From the IMG/VR virus record IMGVR_UViG_3300010882_000010: a DNA stretch of 64,000 nt; one strand, 5' to 3'. Of this stretch, positions 62,130 through 64,000 are shown piece by piece. Source of the DNA: a virus. Taxonomy: Duplodnaviria > Heunggongvirae > Uroviricota > Caudoviricetes. The notes under the pieces are model-generated. The model searched no databases. It was not told the DNA's origin and saw only the letters and a list, made by a program, of their open reading frames with translations. The translations under genes were made by a program, and so were the position numbers. Numbering within the stretch: position 1 is the stretch's first letter; the number at the start of each line of letters is the position of its first letter.

Positions 62130-63740
62130 ATGAAACAATACCTTGAATTATGCAAAGAGATAATCCAAGATGGAGAATTAAAAACGCCGGCGAGAAAAAA
62201 CATGCCAGCAACCATAGAACTTTTTAAGAGAGATTTGAGTTTTGATCTCAGAGAAGGTTTTCCGTTATTAACAACAAAAAAAGTTAACTTAAAGAACATC
62301 ATTACTGAATTATTTTGGTTTTTGAATGGTGAGAGTGATGTTAGATTTCTCACCAAACGAGGTTGTAATATCTGGAATGAGGATACTTTCAAGTTTGTTA
62401 AAGCGCAATATGAAAAAGAAAGTGAACCGGTTTTTAAATCACTGGGATTTGATGTGAAATTTCCAACCTATGAAGAGTGGATTAAGATTGGTAAAGGTGA
62501 GATGGAATGGCAATTTACACCAAATGCAGAAGCACCTATTAACAGGTATTTTGAAGGCGGCGAAGTGTATGGAAGACACTGGAGAAACTTTAACAATTTG
62601 ATACTTAATGATATACCTGTAATTAAGGATGGCGCTGATAGAGGATTTACCGATTTAATAATGAACGGAACAGATCAATTTTTGGCTTTAATTAATGGAA
62701 TTTTAACTAATCCCGATTCTCGTTATCATATTGTGAGTGCCTGGAATCCAACTGTTTTAGAAAAGAAAATGGCATGTTTACCAAGTTGTCATATCCTCTA
62801 TCAGTGTTCAATTTCAAAATCACGTTATCTTGATCTTTACATCTATCAAAGGAGTTGTGATTTTCCATTGGGTGTACCATATGATATCGCAAGTTATGCT
62901 ACTTTAATGCACATCATTTGCTATTTGACCGGATATGAACCTGGAATGTTACATTGGACGGGTGGAAGTTGTCATCTTTATGAAAATCAAATTACTACAA
63001 TGAGAGAACAGGTAGAGAGAAATCCAAAAGTACTACCAAAACTAAAGTGTGAATTAAAAGATGTTTTAGAACCAAACACAGAAGGAAGTGAATTAGGTCT
63101 TAAAATTTCTAGGCATATTAATGATAGTACACCATACACCAAAGAAGAACTTGCTGAGATTTTTGTTCCTGAAAGTTGGATTATTGAACTTGAAAATTAT
63201 GATAGTTATCCTGTGATAAATTATCCATTCTCTTCAGGCAAGGACAGATTTTGTAATGTTGCAGCAATAATTACCGTGCAAAATGGTGAAGAATTTACCT
63301 ACAAGCAAAATGTTGAAGAGTGGATGGTACATAATCCGAGAATGTTCAAGAATTTTGCAAAGAATGGAGTTGTTGTAACAGATGAAAATGGAAGAGCTTT
63401 GCTAAGTTCAAGATTAGGAATTGAAAATTGTTACACTTTGATGGAAGGAGACGATCCTAAAGAATTTTTAGAAGAGTTAAGAAAAACACAAGATCAAGTA
63501 GTTTACCTTTTTGGAAACTGGTCTTTGTATGAAAAGTTTTTGAAAGCAAGTTTGGTAGATGTAATTTACGGAACTTTTTGGTGTCAAGCATACGATTATT
63601 CAGATAAGAAATCTGTTAATGTTGATTGGGTAATGGATGATTTTGAAAGTGTATGGAGTTCTAATATCGAAGAAAACGGAAGGAAAAGTTATCAGTACAT
63701 TTGGCACAATAAAGAGTTCATTAAAAAATATCGAAAGTAA
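62130..63740 (+). CDS. Thymidylate-synthase-family enzyme, probably a dCMP hydroxymethylase or methylase (Asp at the ThyA Asn177 position), fused to a ~230 aa C-terminal domain.
   Basis: MKQYLELCKEI...GFPLLTTKKVNLKNIITELFWFLNG; catalytic Cys in LPSCHILYQ; RSCDFPLGVPYDIASYATLMHII, where ThyA has ...PFNIASY. The C-terminal half has a DHFR-like ...VVYLFGNWSLYEKFL segment. Confidence 0.75.
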   Translation: MKQYLELCKEIIQDGELKTPARKNMPATIELFKRDLSFDLREGFPLLTTKKVNLKNIITELFWFLNGESDVRFLTKRGCNIWNEDTFKFVKAQYEKESEPVFKSLGFDVKFPTYEEWIKIGKGEMEWQFTPNAEAPINRYFEGGEVYGRHWRNFNNLILNDIPVIKDGADRGFTDLIMNGTDQFLALINGILTNPDSRYHIVSAWNPTVLEKKMACLPSCHILYQCSISKSRYLDLYIYQRSCDFPLGVPYDIASYATLMHIICYLTGYEPGMLHWTGGSCHLYENQITTMREQVERNPKVLPKLKCELKDVLEPNTEGSELGLKISRHINDSTPYTKEELAEIFVPESWIIELENYDSYPVINYPFSSGKDRFCNVAAIITVQNGEEFTYKQNVEEWMVHNPRMFKNFAKNGVVVTDENGRALLSSRLGIENCYTLMEGDDPKEFLEELRKTQDQVVYLFGNWSLYEKFLKASLVDVIYGTFWCQAYDYSDKKSVNVDWVMDDFESVWSSNIEENGRKSYQYIWHNKEFIKKYRK

Positions 63741-63741
63741 C

Positions 63742-64000
63742 ATGAAAGAAGAGAAAACAATTCAAGAAGAATTAAAATTGCAGCCCGATGGAAGAAGATT
63801 GGGTGAAATGAGTGAAGCAGATTTAGATGTACTTAGAGAGTTAGAAGATAGAGATGAAGATGAAGAGAGGTCGATGATGAAACCTCCTACAGGATTGATG
63901 CCAAAATGGTTGTTAGAAGAAAAGAGAAAAAGTGCTATTAGACAAGCAGTTAATCGTTATTTTATGGCAGGAGGATATCAAATTCCAATAGAATGGATAG
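63742..64000 (+). CDS. Hypothetical acidic protein; the 3' end lies outside the window.
   Basis: ATG ORF open to the end of the window (MKEEKTIQEELKLQPDGRRLGEMSEADLDVLRELEDRDEDEE...). Confidence 0.4.
   Translation, partial: MKEEKTIQEELKLQPDGRRLGEMSEADLDVLRELEDRDEDEERSMMKPPTGLMPKWLLEEKRKSAIRQAVNRYFMAGGYQIPIEWI

Noticed and set aside
136-62892. About 30 minus-strand ORFs of 60-172 aa listed in the six-frame track, e.g. 8281-8598, 18291-18602, 31148-32414, 54507-54987 and 61874-62392.
   Set aside because: Each lies entirely inside, or antisense to, a longer + strand gene or a tRNA or promoter region. They have low-complexity Phe/Leu/Ile/Ser-rich compositions typical of antisense reading of AT-rich coding DNA, and no start context. 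I treat them as shadow ORFs. The whole window appears transcribed in one direction.
1-64000. Integrase, recombinase or att sites, or other evidence that this is a prophage boundary or plasmid.
   Set aside because: No tyrosine- or serine-recombinase motifs, no repressor/Cro-like switch, and no host-like flanking genes. The gene content (endonucleases, folate-cycle enzymes, tRNAs, packaged proteins) and the uniform strand fit an internal region of a lytic phage genome.

Overview
This 64 kb window is AT-rich and densely coding, and every convincing gene is on the + strand with short or overlapping junctions (many ATGA overlaps). That is the architecture of a large virulent bacteriophage. Roughly 100 protein genes are called, plus a tRNA array at about 54.8-59.8 kb holding about a dozen tRNAs. 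No Shine-Dalgarno sequences are evident, and the intergenic promoters match the Bacteroidetes sigma-A pattern (-33 TTTG and -7 TAnnTTTG), so the host is probably a Bacteroidetes bacterium.

Much of the biology resembles T4, although nothing here is T4 itself:
- Nucleotide metabolism: a DHFR fusion and a ThyA-family enzyme whose specificity residue is Asp rather than Asn, pointing to dCMP rather than dUMP as substrate.
- Two cassettes (14.2-26.9 kb and 52.7-54.2 kb) of unrelated proteins that all begin with the same T4-like capsid-targeting N-terminal sequence, MK(Q/R)(Y/R)I..F(E/D)(E/D)F(L/V).E.K. These are flanked and interrupted by homing endonucleases of the PD-(D/E)xK+NUMOD3, GIY-YIG and Vsr/DUF559-like types.
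- A translation and RNA-repair neighbourhood: a PrfH-like GGQ release factor, a P-loop kinase, an NT5C-type HAD phosphatase, a calcineurin-like phosphoesterase, a CCA-adding enzyme, a HIT hydrolase, an IF-1 homologue and the tRNA array.
- A phage ECF-like sigma factor, and a 17-nt motif GGAATAnATAGTAAAAG found about 15-40 nt upstream of 10 start codons.
- Eight copies of a roughly 80-bp intergenic promoter element that begins AATTGTTAGTAAC.
- Other notable genes: two TnpB-like RuvC nucleases, an NfeD-flotillin (SPFH) operon, a SET-domain protein, an Ail/Lom-like outer-membrane beta-barrel, collagen-like repeat proteins and a LamG-domain tail-fibre fragment.

Several tRNA-like loci are abnormal. 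Three have recognisable acceptor, D and T arms but a 55-110 nt insertion where the anticodon arm should be. Three others are short acceptor-stem plus T-arm minihelices with no D or anticodon arm.
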